Shown: piece by piece, positions 44,296 through 53,073 of the stretch
Numbering within the stretch: position 1 is the first letter of the stretch
Layout of the letters: the number at the start of each line of letters is the position of its first letter
Made by a program: the position numbers and the translations under genes
DNA from: Phototrophicaceae bacterium
GTDB taxonomy: Bacteria > Chloroflexota > Anaerolineae > Aggregatilineales > Phototrophicaceae
DNA length: 64,000 nt
Assembly: GCA_965223965.1 (NCBI GenBank)
Contig: CBDCXX010000002.1
Span: 56,132-120,131 of the forward strand
Direction of reading: 5' to 3'
The notes under the pieces: model-generated
Databases searched by the model: none
Told to the model about the DNA's origin: nothing
The model's input: the letters and a program-made list of their open reading frames with translations, nothing else

Positions 44296-46269
44296 ATGAC
44301 CGATGCGAAGTGGAAGCTAATGGTGGACTGGCAGGGCGATGGAGAGTTCGCGGGCGCTGACGACGATATTGCGCCCGCAGCGCTAGGTCTGTCGCTGCGG
44401 CACATGCGAGATCTGAGAAGCGAGTATATTGATCCGGCGCGGCTGCACATTCGGCTGGCGAACTTCGACCACAAGTACAGTCCGCCCAACACGGCATCGC
44501 CTCTGTTCGGCGCGCTCAAGCCGGGACGCAAGGTGTGGCTGCGCGCCGCGTTCCCGTGCGATGAGTTCGGCGATATGGCGGGCGCAAGACTCGCTGACCA
44601 CGCGCCCGAATGCGGCGCGGCGTATCGCTGGACTGATGCCAACCATGACTTTCGCATTGCTGCCGGCGGCGCACAGATTAACGGCGCGCAGACGGATGGC
44701 GCTCGCTCCGGACGACGCATCGCAACGATGAACTTCGGCCTTGCGGATGTGTCGTTCGGCTGCGATTTCACGCGCGGAAGCAATGCGACGCGGCATGGCG
44801 GGCTCACCCTGCGATATGCGGACGCCGACAACTTTCTGTATGTGCGTGCTATGCCCAACGCGGTGCAGGTTCGCAGAGTAGAGCAAGGAAGCGATGCACT
44901 GGTGGCTGAGTCGGCTCTGCAATGGAACGCGGGAGACAAGAAGTTCATTCAGGCGGAGTTGCACGGCGACTCTATTCGAGTGTTTGTTGATGAGAAGCAA
45001 GTGATAGCGGCGCGCTCAGGGTTCAACCGCAACGCAACGCGGCACGGCTTGCACTGCGATGGCGCAGCCGATCACCTGTGGCAGCAGTTCGGAGGCTGGG
45101 TATCGCTCTTCTACGGCGATGTCGAGAGCATCGACCCGCAGCCCGGATCGGGTCCCGGATCGGGGCAATGTCGCATACGCGCTTACGACGAAATGCGTCG
45201 CCTCGAGAGCGTAACGCTGTACATGTACGCAACATCCTCATTTCCTCAAACATCCGATGAAATCCTCAGAGACATACTGGACTATGCGAGCGTTGACGCA
45301 AGCATTCGCAGGCTGGATGCGGGCACAGAACTTGTGCCGCAGTTATGGAGTCCGCCGCTCTGGGGAGTGCAGGCTGCGGATGAGATTCGGCGCCTGCAGG
45401 ATGAAGAGGACGGCTTCATCTATGTGGACGGGCATGGCTTCTGGCGCATGGAGAGTCGCGGTCACCGTGAAGCGGCGCCGCACTCGGCGGCAAGAGCGAC
45501 GCTGAGGGCGCGCAATGACGGCGCAGATGCCTACTTCTCCGCCCTGGAGTGGAGCGACGGTGTGGGCAACATCGAAAACAAGGTCTTCATGCGAGTCCGC
45601 GACGCCGCGAACCACGGACATCGCACGGCCTGGACGCTTGGCGAGACGCCGCGCTTCGACGTGGGCGAGACGCGCGAGTTCCTCGCCGAAAGCAAGGACT
45701 TCGATGTCGTTGGTGGACAGCTCAGTCCGCAGGCGAGCACCGACTATGCGGCAAACACGCAACCCGACGGCACGGGCGCTGACATCACAGCGCAGCTCAC
45801 CGTTACATATTCCGCGACGAGGCTATTCAACGGCAAGGGCGCCCTGATACGCGTGCGCTTCGGCGCAACGGCAGGCTACCTGACACGGCTGGGGATGCGC
45901 ACCGTTAACGCTTTGACCTTCAATGCGCCGGTGCTGGTGACCGCAGAGGACACGAACAGCCAGAACACTTATGGGCAGCGCATTCGCAGCATAGACGCTC
46001 GCTGGACGCGCGAGGCGCAGTCGGCGCAGGCAACAATCGCGCGGCGATTGGCTCGCAAGTCTTCGCCCCGCACCGCGCTCAGTGTGACTCTGCCCAACGG
46101 CTCGGATGCCAATCTGCTTCTGATGCTGCAAACGAAGTTGTCAGATCGGCTCGCCGTGCATTACGAGGACATGGGCGTGGACGGCGACTTCTTCGTGGAA
46201 GGCTACACGCTCGAAGTGGGGCAATCGGGAAAACATCTGGAGCGGACGCTGCTATTGCAGCAGGCATGA
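44296..46269 (+). CDS. Phage distal-tail (Dit)-like protein with an inserted lectin/LamG-like module
   Basis: 657 aa. N-terminus (WKLMVDWQGDGEF...RLHIRLANFDHKYSPPNTASPLFGALKPGRKVWL) resembles phage tail family proteins. The middle segment (GGLTLRYADADNFLYVRA...IQAELHGDSIRVFVDEKQV) looks like a concanavalin/LamG-type jelly roll. Confidence 0.45.
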   Translation: MTDAKWKLMVDWQGDGEFAGADDDIAPAALGLSLRHMRDLRSEYIDPARLHIRLANFDHKYSPPNTASPLFGALKPGRKVWLRAAFPCDEFGDMAGARLADHAPECGAAYRWTDANHDFRIAAGGAQINGAQTDGARSGRRIATMNFGLADVSFGCDFTRGSNATRHGGLTLRYADADNFLYVRAMPNAVQVRRVEQGSDALVAESALQWNAGDKKFIQAELHGDSIRVFVDEKQVIAARSGFNRNATRHGLHCDGAADHLWQQFGGWVSLFYGDVESIDPQPGSGPGSGQCRIRAYDEMRRLESVTLYMYATSSFPQTSDEILRDILDYASVDASIRRLDAGTELVPQLWSPPLWGVQAADEIRRLQDEEDGFIYVDGHGFWRMESRGHREAAPHSAARATLRARNDGADAYFSALEWSDGVGNIENKVFMRVRDAANHGHRTAWTLGETPRFDVGETREFLAESKDFDVVGGQLSPQASTDYAANTQPDGTGADITAQLTVTYSATRLFNGKGALIRVRFGATAGYLTRLGMRTVNALTFNAPVLVTAEDTNSQNTYGQRIRSIDARWTREAQSAQATIARRLARKSSPRTALSVTLPNGSDANLLLMLQTKLSDRLAVHYEDMGVDGDFFVEGYTLEVGQSGKHLERTLLLQQA

Positions 46270-46346
46270 TTTGCGTTCTCAATCAGACTTAGGAACCCCT
46301 ACCCTCTCTGAGGGGAAGGGAAGGTTAGGGGAAAGGAGACTGAAAG

Positions 46347-46559
46347 TTGGTTAGCGACTTGATTCAGTTCATCAACATAGGATTGGCGGGCGTGCTGCTT
46401 ATGTGGTTCATGTTCCGGCTGGAGCGCATGCTCGTGCGCCTCGACAAGACCCTGCAGCTAATGGCGCGCGCCACGCTGAGGATGCTCGACCGCCGCGACC
46501 CCAAGACGGCAACAGACCTCAGCAAGGAGCTGTATCGTATGAGCGGGGATGAGGATTAG
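46347..46559 (+). CDS. Small membrane protein (N-terminal TM, C-terminal helical tail), holin-like size
   Basis: 70 aa with TTG start and AAGGAG 8 nt upstream. INIGLAGVLLMWFMF TM segment. Confidence 0.4.
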   Translation: MVSDLIQFINIGLAGVLLMWFMFRLERMLVRLDKTLQLMARATLRMLDRRDPKTATDLSKELYRMSGDED

Positions 46560-47290
46560 GATTGCCGACCGCGCAATTCGGCTTCCAACTCACGGATGTG
46601 CGCCTGGGCTGCGGCAAGGTCGTCTTGGGCTGCAGCAAGGCTGCGGACATAATTGCCTATTTCGGGATCGTAGAATAGCAGCCTGTCCATGCGAACACTG
46701 TCGGCGATCGGATGCATGCCTTCTTGCGCGCACAGACTCAGTCCCAATAGCGCGCTGTAACCGCTCACCAAACCGTCGGAGTTGACTTCCAGCTCAATTG
46801 GCTCGTATGCGCCGCCAACCAGTATGTCGCCTGCAAGCGACGCGTCGTAGTAATTGCCGCCGCTCGGATCGAAACGCCAATATTCCTTGACGCCGATGCG
46901 TTCGTACAGGTCTCGCTTGTCTGTGAGGTCCCGCCGCGCCGTTGACGGAGAGGCTATCTCCAGTGCGAAGTCCGGCGCTTTGCCCACTTGCCATATCAGA
47001 TAGCCGTTCTGCGCGAATATGGCTCCGGCGTCCACACCGAAGGCGACATAGCAGTCTGGGAAAACCCTGTCGTTAAGGTTGTCGGGATTGTAGCAGACTA
47101 CGGTGTTTCCGTCGACGAACACGGTCGGATCGTCTTTATAATAGTTTTCCAAGATAGTCAAAGCGTCAGTGAAGTTCGGTCTCTGGAACATAGCATCCGG
47201 CATCTGATTGAGTTCACCGGGCAAGTCGCGCGGGTCTATAATGGGAAGGGCGTTCGTCATAGCATGCAACGGTATGGACTTTGTAGTCAT
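46556..47290 (-). CDS. Uma2 family (DUF820) endonuclease
   Basis: ATG 47290 (GGAGGCGAGGTGAT upstream). PDFALEIASPSTARRDLTDKRDLYERIGVKEYWRFDP is the Uma2 PD-(D/E)xK core. Confidence 0.8.
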   Translation of the reverse strand: MTTKSIPLHAMTNALPIIDPRDLPGELNQMPDAMFQRPNFTDALTILENYYKDDPTVFVDGNTVVCYNPDNLNDRVFPDCYVAFGVDAGAIFAQNGYLIWQVGKAPDFALEIASPSTARRDLTDKRDLYERIGVKEYWRFDPSGGNYYDASLAGDILVGGAYEPIELEVNSDGLVSGYSALLGLSLCAQEGMHPIADSVRMDRLLFYDPEIGNYVRSLAAAQDDLAAAQAHIRELEAELRGRQS

Positions 47291-47330
47291 ATCACCTCGC
47301 CTCCGTCTCATTCGTCCATGTCAATGCCCG

Positions 47331-48353
47331 TCAATCCCGTTGATACACCTGTATGCGGTGCCGCGACGACTCCGTCACATACATCCGCCCCTCGCTGTCG
47401 AAGTTCACGGACGCCGGTCCCCAGAAGTACGGCTCGATTTGCGAAGAGATCAGGTGCCGCGTGTTGAAGTGAGGAGGCAGTTCCGGCGTTAGGTTGGAAA
47501 TCTTGCGCGTCTCAACCTCGTCCGGGTTGGCGGCGAGGAAGTCATACGCCCACTTGGAGAGCGTAGCCTCGCCTAGAAGCGTCATCAGGTGGCTGCCGTC
47601 CCCGGCTAGTACCTGCACGCGCTCGTTGCCCCAGTCCGCGACATAGATGTTGCCGTCCGCGTCAACCGCCACGCCTGCCGGGCGTGTGAACTGGCCGTCG
47701 CCGTAGCCTGATTCGCCGAACTTCGCTATGAACTCGCCGTCCGCGCTGAATTGCTGGATGCGGTCATTGCGCCAGTCCGCCACGAAGATGCTGCCGTCCG
47801 GCGCGACGCAGATGCCCCAGGGCATGTTCATCTCGCCATCGCCGCTGCCCTCGCTGCCGAAGCTGATGAGGTGGCGACCCTCGGGCGTGAACTTCTGCGC
47901 GCGATGGTTGTTCTGGTCAGTGATGTACAGGTTGTCCTCGGCGTCAACTGCGATGCCGGATGGACCGTTGAGCTCCCCCGGCTCGCTGCCCAGAGCGCCC
48001 CAAGCCCTTACGAAGTCGCCGCTGTCCGCGTCAAAGGCGCTGATGCGATGGTTGTACTCGTCCGAGACATAGACACTGCTGCCGTCGTTGCTCAGCGCGA
48101 TGCCTGCCGCGAGCCTCAACTGGCCCTCCCCGTTTCCGTGCGAAGAGAACTCGTACAGATAGTCGTCGGTCATGTTAGTGACGCCGATGCGCGTGAACAC
48201 GGGCGCGCCGCGATTCAGCACGAAGATGCGCCCATCCGCGTGTACCGCGAGGTCAACCGGATTGGCGAAACCGCGCCCCACCGGAGCGTTGTTCACGATT
48301 CCTATCGTCTTCACATATTCGAGCTTCAGCGTCTTTGCGGCGGAAGTGGTCAT
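47331..48353 (-). CDS. NHL-repeat beta-propeller protein
   Basis: Six repeats of the G.F..P.G(I/V)AVD.(D/E)G.(I/L)YV(A/S/T)D..N.R(I/V)Q.F type. ATG 48353 is preferred over the track start 48419. Confidence 0.75.
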   Translation of the reverse strand: MTTSAAKTLKLEYVKTIGIVNNAPVGRGFANPVDLAVHADGRIFVLNRGAPVFTRIGVTNMTDDYLYEFSSHGNGEGQLRLAAGIALSNDGSSVYVSDEYNHRISAFDADSGDFVRAWGALGSEPGELNGPSGIAVDAEDNLYITDQNNHRAQKFTPEGRHLISFGSEGSGDGEMNMPWGICVAPDGSIFVADWRNDRIQQFSADGEFIAKFGESGYGDGQFTRPAGVAVDADGNIYVADWGNERVQVLAGDGSHLMTLLGEATLSKWAYDFLAANPDEVETRKISNLTPELPPHFNTRHLISSQIEPYFWGPASVNFDSEGRMYVTESSRHRIQVYQRD

Positions 48354-48429
48354 TGATGCACCTTTTTTCTTATCCGTATATGATGCGAGCAGATAAGTCG
48401 TGATTTCGTTGACAGTCATTGATTGGTGT

Positions 48430-48750
48430 TTATGCTTGTCTTTCTATGATGGCTATGTGTTCCGGCATACGATTAAGCCAATCGCGGATACAGGATTCAT
48501 CCTCTGGGCTTATGTCGCGCCTTTGAACGTATTCTGTGAGCGCTAATTGCAGATCATCTTTGTCAATTGGAGTAACAACGTGGGGGCTAAGCACATCAGC
48601 GCATATAACGTTGAGCTCATTGCTGTGTGCAAACTTATACACCACGTCTTCATCTTTTCTATCGGGTCGGAAGTAATCGTATTGAATTACATCAACGAGC
48701 GCGCTCTTATTCTCTCGCTGTGTCATATTACGTATATCACCCTCCGTCAC
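48430..48750 (-). CDS. Hypothetical acidic protein, translationally coupled to the PLD nuclease gene
   Basis: 106 aa. ATG overlaps the upstream stop (ATGA at 48747-48750). No family recognised. AT-rich. Confidence 0.45.
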   Translation of the reverse strand: MTEGDIRNMTQRENKSALVDVIQYDYFRPDRKDEDVVYKFAHSNELNVICADVLSPHVVTPIDKDDLQLALTEYVQRRDISPEDESCIRDWLNRMPEHIAIIERQA

Positions 48751-49637
48751 TTCAACTTCCAGCGTTCATTCTCTAATATGATAACGCCTCGTTGTTTCAA
48801 AATTTGCTGAGCATTGCGCATGCTATGCTTCCAATGATTGTCGCCAAGAAAAGTTTCCCCCTTAATGATAAGGTCAACGTTATCGTCGCACCACTCAGGC
48901 ATCAACTCTTGAACCAGCGGATATATTTCGATAGTGGACAAGGCGCCGCGCCGACGCAGGACATATTTTAACGCATCTGTAAACTTGGCAGTAATAGTTG
49001 CCTCTGGGTTAACAAGGAACTCTTCAGTAGCGTTTCGCAGCTCCCTTAGCTTGGCATCAATGTTGTTGAGTAGATGGTCGTATTCTGCGCCAGTGTCTGA
49101 CATTATATCGTCTATGTCAGACTTAGTTTGCCGTGCCTTATCCGCCAAGTCGTCCAGATCAGCCAGAGAGTCGGCTGGAACCGATATACCGAAACTGCCG
49201 TATTCGCGCAAATCATTGGATATGTCGCTAACCGCTTGAGGGTCAGTAATCGCAACGCCCAGTTCGTAATTTCGCCAAATCCCACCAGCAGTGAGATTTG
49301 CAGATGTAACAATGGCGGTGTGCCTGTCAGCGACATAGGCTTTGGCGTGAAGATAACGGAGATGGCGCACGGCAGCGCCTGGTACTTGCTCGCATAACCA
49401 AGAAAGCGCTCCCGCATCCACTGAACCGTCACGGAGGCTATCCCTGTTCAAATTAGTCAATATGTCTAATTGTACCGACTGTGGAAACCGCAAGCCGCTT
49501 TCTAATCGCTCTACAGGTTCTCTTGTGATGAAAGGCGCTGCGATAATAGCCGAATGTTGAATCGAATCAATAAATTGGTCGAAGGTGGTTTGCCAAGGTG
49601 ACTTGATGGACAGCAATTTCGGCATCCCATCCACCAA
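48747..49637 (-). CDS. Phospholipase D-family (single HKD) nuclease with a C-terminal winged-helix (Mrr_N-like) domain
   Basis: 296 aa. HKD motif LHAKAYVADRHTAIVTSANLT. The C-terminal ...ALKYVLRRRG.LSTIEIYPLV...WKHSMRNAQQILKQRGVI...RWKL resembles restriction-system wHTH domains. Confidence 0.65.
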   Translation of the reverse strand: MVDGMPKLLSIKSPWQTTFDQFIDSIQHSAIIAAPFITREPVERLESGLRFPQSVQLDILTNLNRDSLRDGSVDAGALSWLCEQVPGAAVRHLRYLHAKAYVADRHTAIVTSANLTAGGIWRNYELGVAITDPQAVSDISNDLREYGSFGISVPADSLADLDDLADKARQTKSDIDDIMSDTGAEYDHLLNNIDAKLRELRNATEEFLVNPEATITAKFTDALKYVLRRRGALSTIEIYPLVQELMPEWCDDNVDLIIKGETFLGDNHWKHSMRNAQQILKQRGVIILENERWKLK

Positions 49638-49710
49638 TCAGTAATTGGTGGAAATGAAACGGATGGGCAGGACGCAACGATGAATCGTCTCGCCCATCCG
49701 TATGTATTTA

Positions 49711-51165
49711 TTATACTAGCTGGTACTCCGTGGTCGATGCGATGAGGCCAAGCAACTCGCAGATACGCCGCTCACACTTGCCTCCCTTCTCCCCGCCCGT
49801 AAGCGAAATATCGCCCTGCATGCCCACATGCGCGATGAGCGCCGCGCGCAACTCAATATCCATCTCGGCGGTGCCCATGATGTCGAGGCAGGCGTCCACA
49901 ATCTCAGACGGCGCGTACTCGCCACCGTTTTGCTCTGCCAGTCTGTCGAGCAATAGCCGCACGCCCGGCGCGTTGATGTCGCTAATCTCCTTGGCGGCGA
50001 AGTTGACGCGCTCCACCAGCGCGCCGCTGTTGATCCACTCCGTGCCCTCATGCCAGCCCTCCACCGACGGAGGGTTGAGCAGCGTCTGCCCCATGAAGCC
50101 GGAAAGGTCCGAAGTCGGGAGGATGCCCATGTCCGGGCGTGTAACGCTGCCGCTGAGCCGCATCGTGCCCGCGACCAGCTCTGCCGGACACTTGACACGC
50201 GCGTACTGCGCCTCTTTGAAGAAGTCGGAGTTGAAGAGCACGCGCAGCATGTGGCGAATCTCGTGGTTGCCGTCGAAATATGCCTGCGACAGTTCGTCGA
50301 TGGCATCGGGGTCGCGCGGCGCGGTGTACGGCCACTGCGAAACCGGCTCTTCGTCAGCTACGAAGAAGTCGTACAGATGTCGGGCGATGAAGCGAGCCGT
50401 CGCGGGCTGCTTGCAAACAATGCGCACAATGTCGTCGCCGTTGAAGTTGCCTGTCTCGCCGAGGAACTGCTTCTCGCCGTCATCATGGTCGCCATCGCGG
50501 AAGTTGAAGTGCCACGCGATTCTGCCATAAGGCCAGATGGAGTCCTTCGATGCGCGCACCGCCATGTACTCCGCGTTGCCCAGCGTCCAGCCGGTGAATG
50601 CGCGGGAGGCTTCCTTGATGTCGTCCTCGGTGTAGTTGCCTATGCCCATGCTGAAGAGTTCCAGCAGCTCGCGGCCCCAGTTCTCGTTGATGGCGCCGTC
50701 GTGATTCTCCTGGTTGTCCAGCCAGATAATCATCGACGGGTCCTTGGCGAGGTCGATCAGCAGGTCGTCGAGCTTGCCAAGTCCCAGCCTGCGGAACATG
50801 TCGATCTGGTTCAGCAGCGAGCGCGCCTGGTTCGTCTTTGCGTAGCCGGTGGCGAATACGCCGTGCCAGAAGAGCGCAACCTTCTCCTCCGTCGGCGCCT
50901 TCGTGGTCACCATTCGGTAGAGCCAGTAGGCGGAGGCGGAGTTGCCATAGCGCAGTTCGTGCATGTCGGTGTGATAGCGCTTGATGATGTCGTCCGGCAT
51001 ATTCTGCGCGTCGCCGGGATGAAGCAGCTCCTCGACCGCAGCCTCATAGCCCAGTTCCTCGTAATGATCAAGCTCGACCGGCGTAGCGCCGAATGAAGCG
51101 CGCCGCAGCAAGTGCTTGATAAGTCCAACATCCGATTTCGTTGCAGTGGTCATATTCGCCTCCAA
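49711..51165 (-). CDS. DUF1800 domain protein
   Basis: 484 aa. LLRRASFGATP, ALFWHGVF, REL.ELFSMG and similar blocks are characteristic of DUF1800. Usually paired with DUF1501. Confidence 0.75.
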   Translation of the reverse strand: MEANMTTATKSDVGLIKHLLRRASFGATPVELDHYEELGYEAAVEELLHPGDAQNMPDDIIKRYHTDMHELRYGNSASAYWLYRMVTTKAPTEEKVALFWHGVFATGYAKTNQARSLLNQIDMFRRLGLGKLDDLLIDLAKDPSMIIWLDNQENHDGAINENWGRELLELFSMGIGNYTEDDIKEASRAFTGWTLGNAEYMAVRASKDSIWPYGRIAWHFNFRDGDHDDGEKQFLGETGNFNGDDIVRIVCKQPATARFIARHLYDFFVADEEPVSQWPYTAPRDPDAIDELSQAYFDGNHEIRHMLRVLFNSDFFKEAQYARVKCPAELVAGTMRLSGSVTRPDMGILPTSDLSGFMGQTLLNPPSVEGWHEGTEWINSGALVERVNFAAKEISDINAPGVRLLLDRLAEQNGGEYAPSEIVDACLDIMGTAEMDIELRAALIAHVGMQGDISLTGGEKGGKCERRICELLGLIASTTEYQLV

Positions 51166-51207
51166 GTTGGGGGTGTTGATTATATTTTCGTTCCTAGATG
51201 TGGAAAC

Positions 51208-51579
51208 TCAAAGTAGGAAAGCTTCACCTGGCACCAGACGCCTGTTATATGGGTCAACTGCTAAACGTAAGCCTTCAAGTGCATATGCGCCCAGTAAGGG
51301 CATCGAATCATCGTCGCCAAAGACTACAATTGTTATGGCCTGTTTGCCCCGGGCTCGTATCCAAGTCTGTCCAATATCAAGGTCAATTCGGCCTCCACCC
51401 GCCAAGGTGAACTCCACCGTTTCCATTGGCTCGACTTCGAGACGCTCAAGCAGCGATGTGGGCATGAAGCTATATGTCGCGCCCGTGTCCACCATCGGAT
51501 TCACAAGCTCAAACTGCGTTCCCGAAGGATTGCCAAGTTCGACGGGATATCGGAATGTTCCCACTCTGGTAACCCTCAT
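51208..51579 (-). CDS. Retropepsin-like (clan AA) aspartic protease
   Basis: 123 aa. VDTGAT active-site motif and GAYALEGL flap/dimer context. Sits between the DUF1501 and DUF1800 genes. Confidence 0.6.
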   Translation of the reverse strand: MRVTRVGTFRYPVELGNPSGTQFELVNPMVDTGATYSFMPTSLLERLEVEPMETVEFTLAGGGRIDLDIGQTWIRARGKQAITIVVFGDDDSMPLLGAYALEGLRLAVDPYNRRLVPGEAFLL

Positions 51580-51651
51580 TGCTATGCAGCTTAAAGTATA
51601 TGTACCTCGGTCAATCTCTTGGCGATTGGCTGGGGGACAAGATCGTAATCC

Positions 51652-52791
51652 CTACTTCTTGATGAACTCCAGCTTCTCGAAAGATCCATTCACGATCGGC
51701 TTGGCGTCCACGCCCATCCAGTCCTCCAGCAGCGTCGTGTACGCGCCGCGGAAGTCGTTGTTGAAGTGCATGTCGCCTTCGAGCTGGTCCTCGGGCGCGA
51801 GCGACGGGAAGTCGCCGTACAGGCCTCCCTTGACGCCGCCGCCTATGACGAACGCCACGCCTCCTGAGCCGTGGTCGGTGCCGGAACCGTTGTCCTTGAT
51901 GCGCCGCCCGAACTCGGAGAAGATGACGATTGCCGTGTCGTTTTCATAGCCATGCTCTTCCACATCATCCCAGAAGTCGCCGACCGCGTTGGACAGCTCG
52001 CCGATGAGCTTCGCATGCATGGGAACTTCGCCCGCATGCGTATCGTAGCTGCCCTGACCCGTGTAGAAGATGCGTGTGCCGATGTCCCCGAACATCACCT
52101 GCGCGGCATCCCGCAAGCTCTGCGCTATCGAAGTGTCGGCATACTCGATGCTCGACGAGTAGTTGCGCGGAGCGGTGCCCAGCGTATCGGCGCCCTGCAT
52201 CACGCCACGCCCCGTCTGCTGGATGAACTCTTTGACAGCATCCTTGCCCGAGCCGCCATACATCTGCGAGAACATATCCAGCGTCTGGTTGCGGATAGCC
52301 TCGTCGCGGATGTCCGGATACAGCCCGTATGTTGCGAGATCGCCGACCGACGCCACTGGAACGCCCTGCGCCGAAAGAACGCGAGGCAGGCCGCGACCGA
52401 AGTTGACGGCCGTCAGCACATTCTCGCCCTGCGGATCGAGGTCGCGCGTGAGCTGACCCAGCCAGCCTTCTGTGGCGACCTTCGTCGGCTCGGCGGTGTG
52501 CCAGATGTCCATCGAGCGGAAGTGAGAGCGGTTCGGGTTCGGGTAGCCGATGCCGTTGATGACGGCGACCTTGCCCTCGTCCCACAGCCTCTTGATTGCA
52601 GTCATATTCGGGTTCAACCCGATGTTGCCGTCCAGCTCCAGCAGCTCTTCGGGCTGAAACTGCACCGCAGGACGGAAATTGTAATAGTGCTCATCGTTAA
52701 TGGGAACGACCGTATTAAGCGCGTCGTTGCCTCCTGTGAGCTGTACAAACACCAAAGATTTGCTATGCCCGTTGCTGCCATTGGAACCCAT
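51652..52791 (-). CDS. DUF1501 domain protein (sulfatase/phosphatase-like fold)
   Basis: 379 aa. GGND.LN.VVP, RSHF.S.DIW and SEFGRR...NGSGTDHG blocks are typical of DUF1501. No obvious Tat signal in this ORF. Confidence 0.75.
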   Translation of the reverse strand: MGSNGSNGHSKSLVFVQLTGGNDALNTVVPINDEHYYNFRPAVQFQPEELLELDGNIGLNPNMTAIKRLWDEGKVAVINGIGYPNPNRSHFRSMDIWHTAEPTKVATEGWLGQLTRDLDPQGENVLTAVNFGRGLPRVLSAQGVPVASVGDLATYGLYPDIRDEAIRNQTLDMFSQMYGGSGKDAVKEFIQQTGRGVMQGADTLGTAPRNYSSSIEYADTSIAQSLRDAAQVMFGDIGTRIFYTGQGSYDTHAGEVPMHAKLIGELSNAVGDFWDDVEEHGYENDTAIVIFSEFGRRIKDNGSGTDHGSGGVAFVIGGGVKGGLYGDFPSLAPEDQLEGDMHFNNDFRGAYTTLLEDWMGVDAKPIVNGSFEKLEFIKK

Positions 52792-53073
52792 TATCTCGCT
52801 CCTCTCCTAACGCCTGTGCGTACTGTTCTGCCTTGTATCATTCACATCTTCATGATGCAACAAACAGCCTGAACACCTAGTGTATCAGGCCATCAGGCAC
52901 ACCTATGCATTATACGCTTGTAATTGTGCGCTTTTCATGGAAATTGGTCAAGTCCCAATCAGTGCAAAAGGCGCAATATCGCCCGCTATCAGCATTCGGT
53001 TTTCTCCGCTGACGGCAACTGAGTATATTCAAGTAAATCCTTCAGCGAACCATTCGCTGAAGGGGTACTCTCA

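Noticed and set aside
43674-44948. A 424-aa minus-strand ORF opposite the tail-like genes.
   Set aside because: It is low-complexity, Arg/Ser/Pro/Ala-rich and has no motifs. It overlaps two plus-strand genes that have good RBSs and recognisable N-termini, and it spans the promoter/terminator region.
43845-46559. A complete prophage.
   Set aside because: Only tube-like, Dit-like and small membrane protein genes are present. No capsid, portal, terminase, tape-measure, baseplate, lysin or integrase genes lie on either side.
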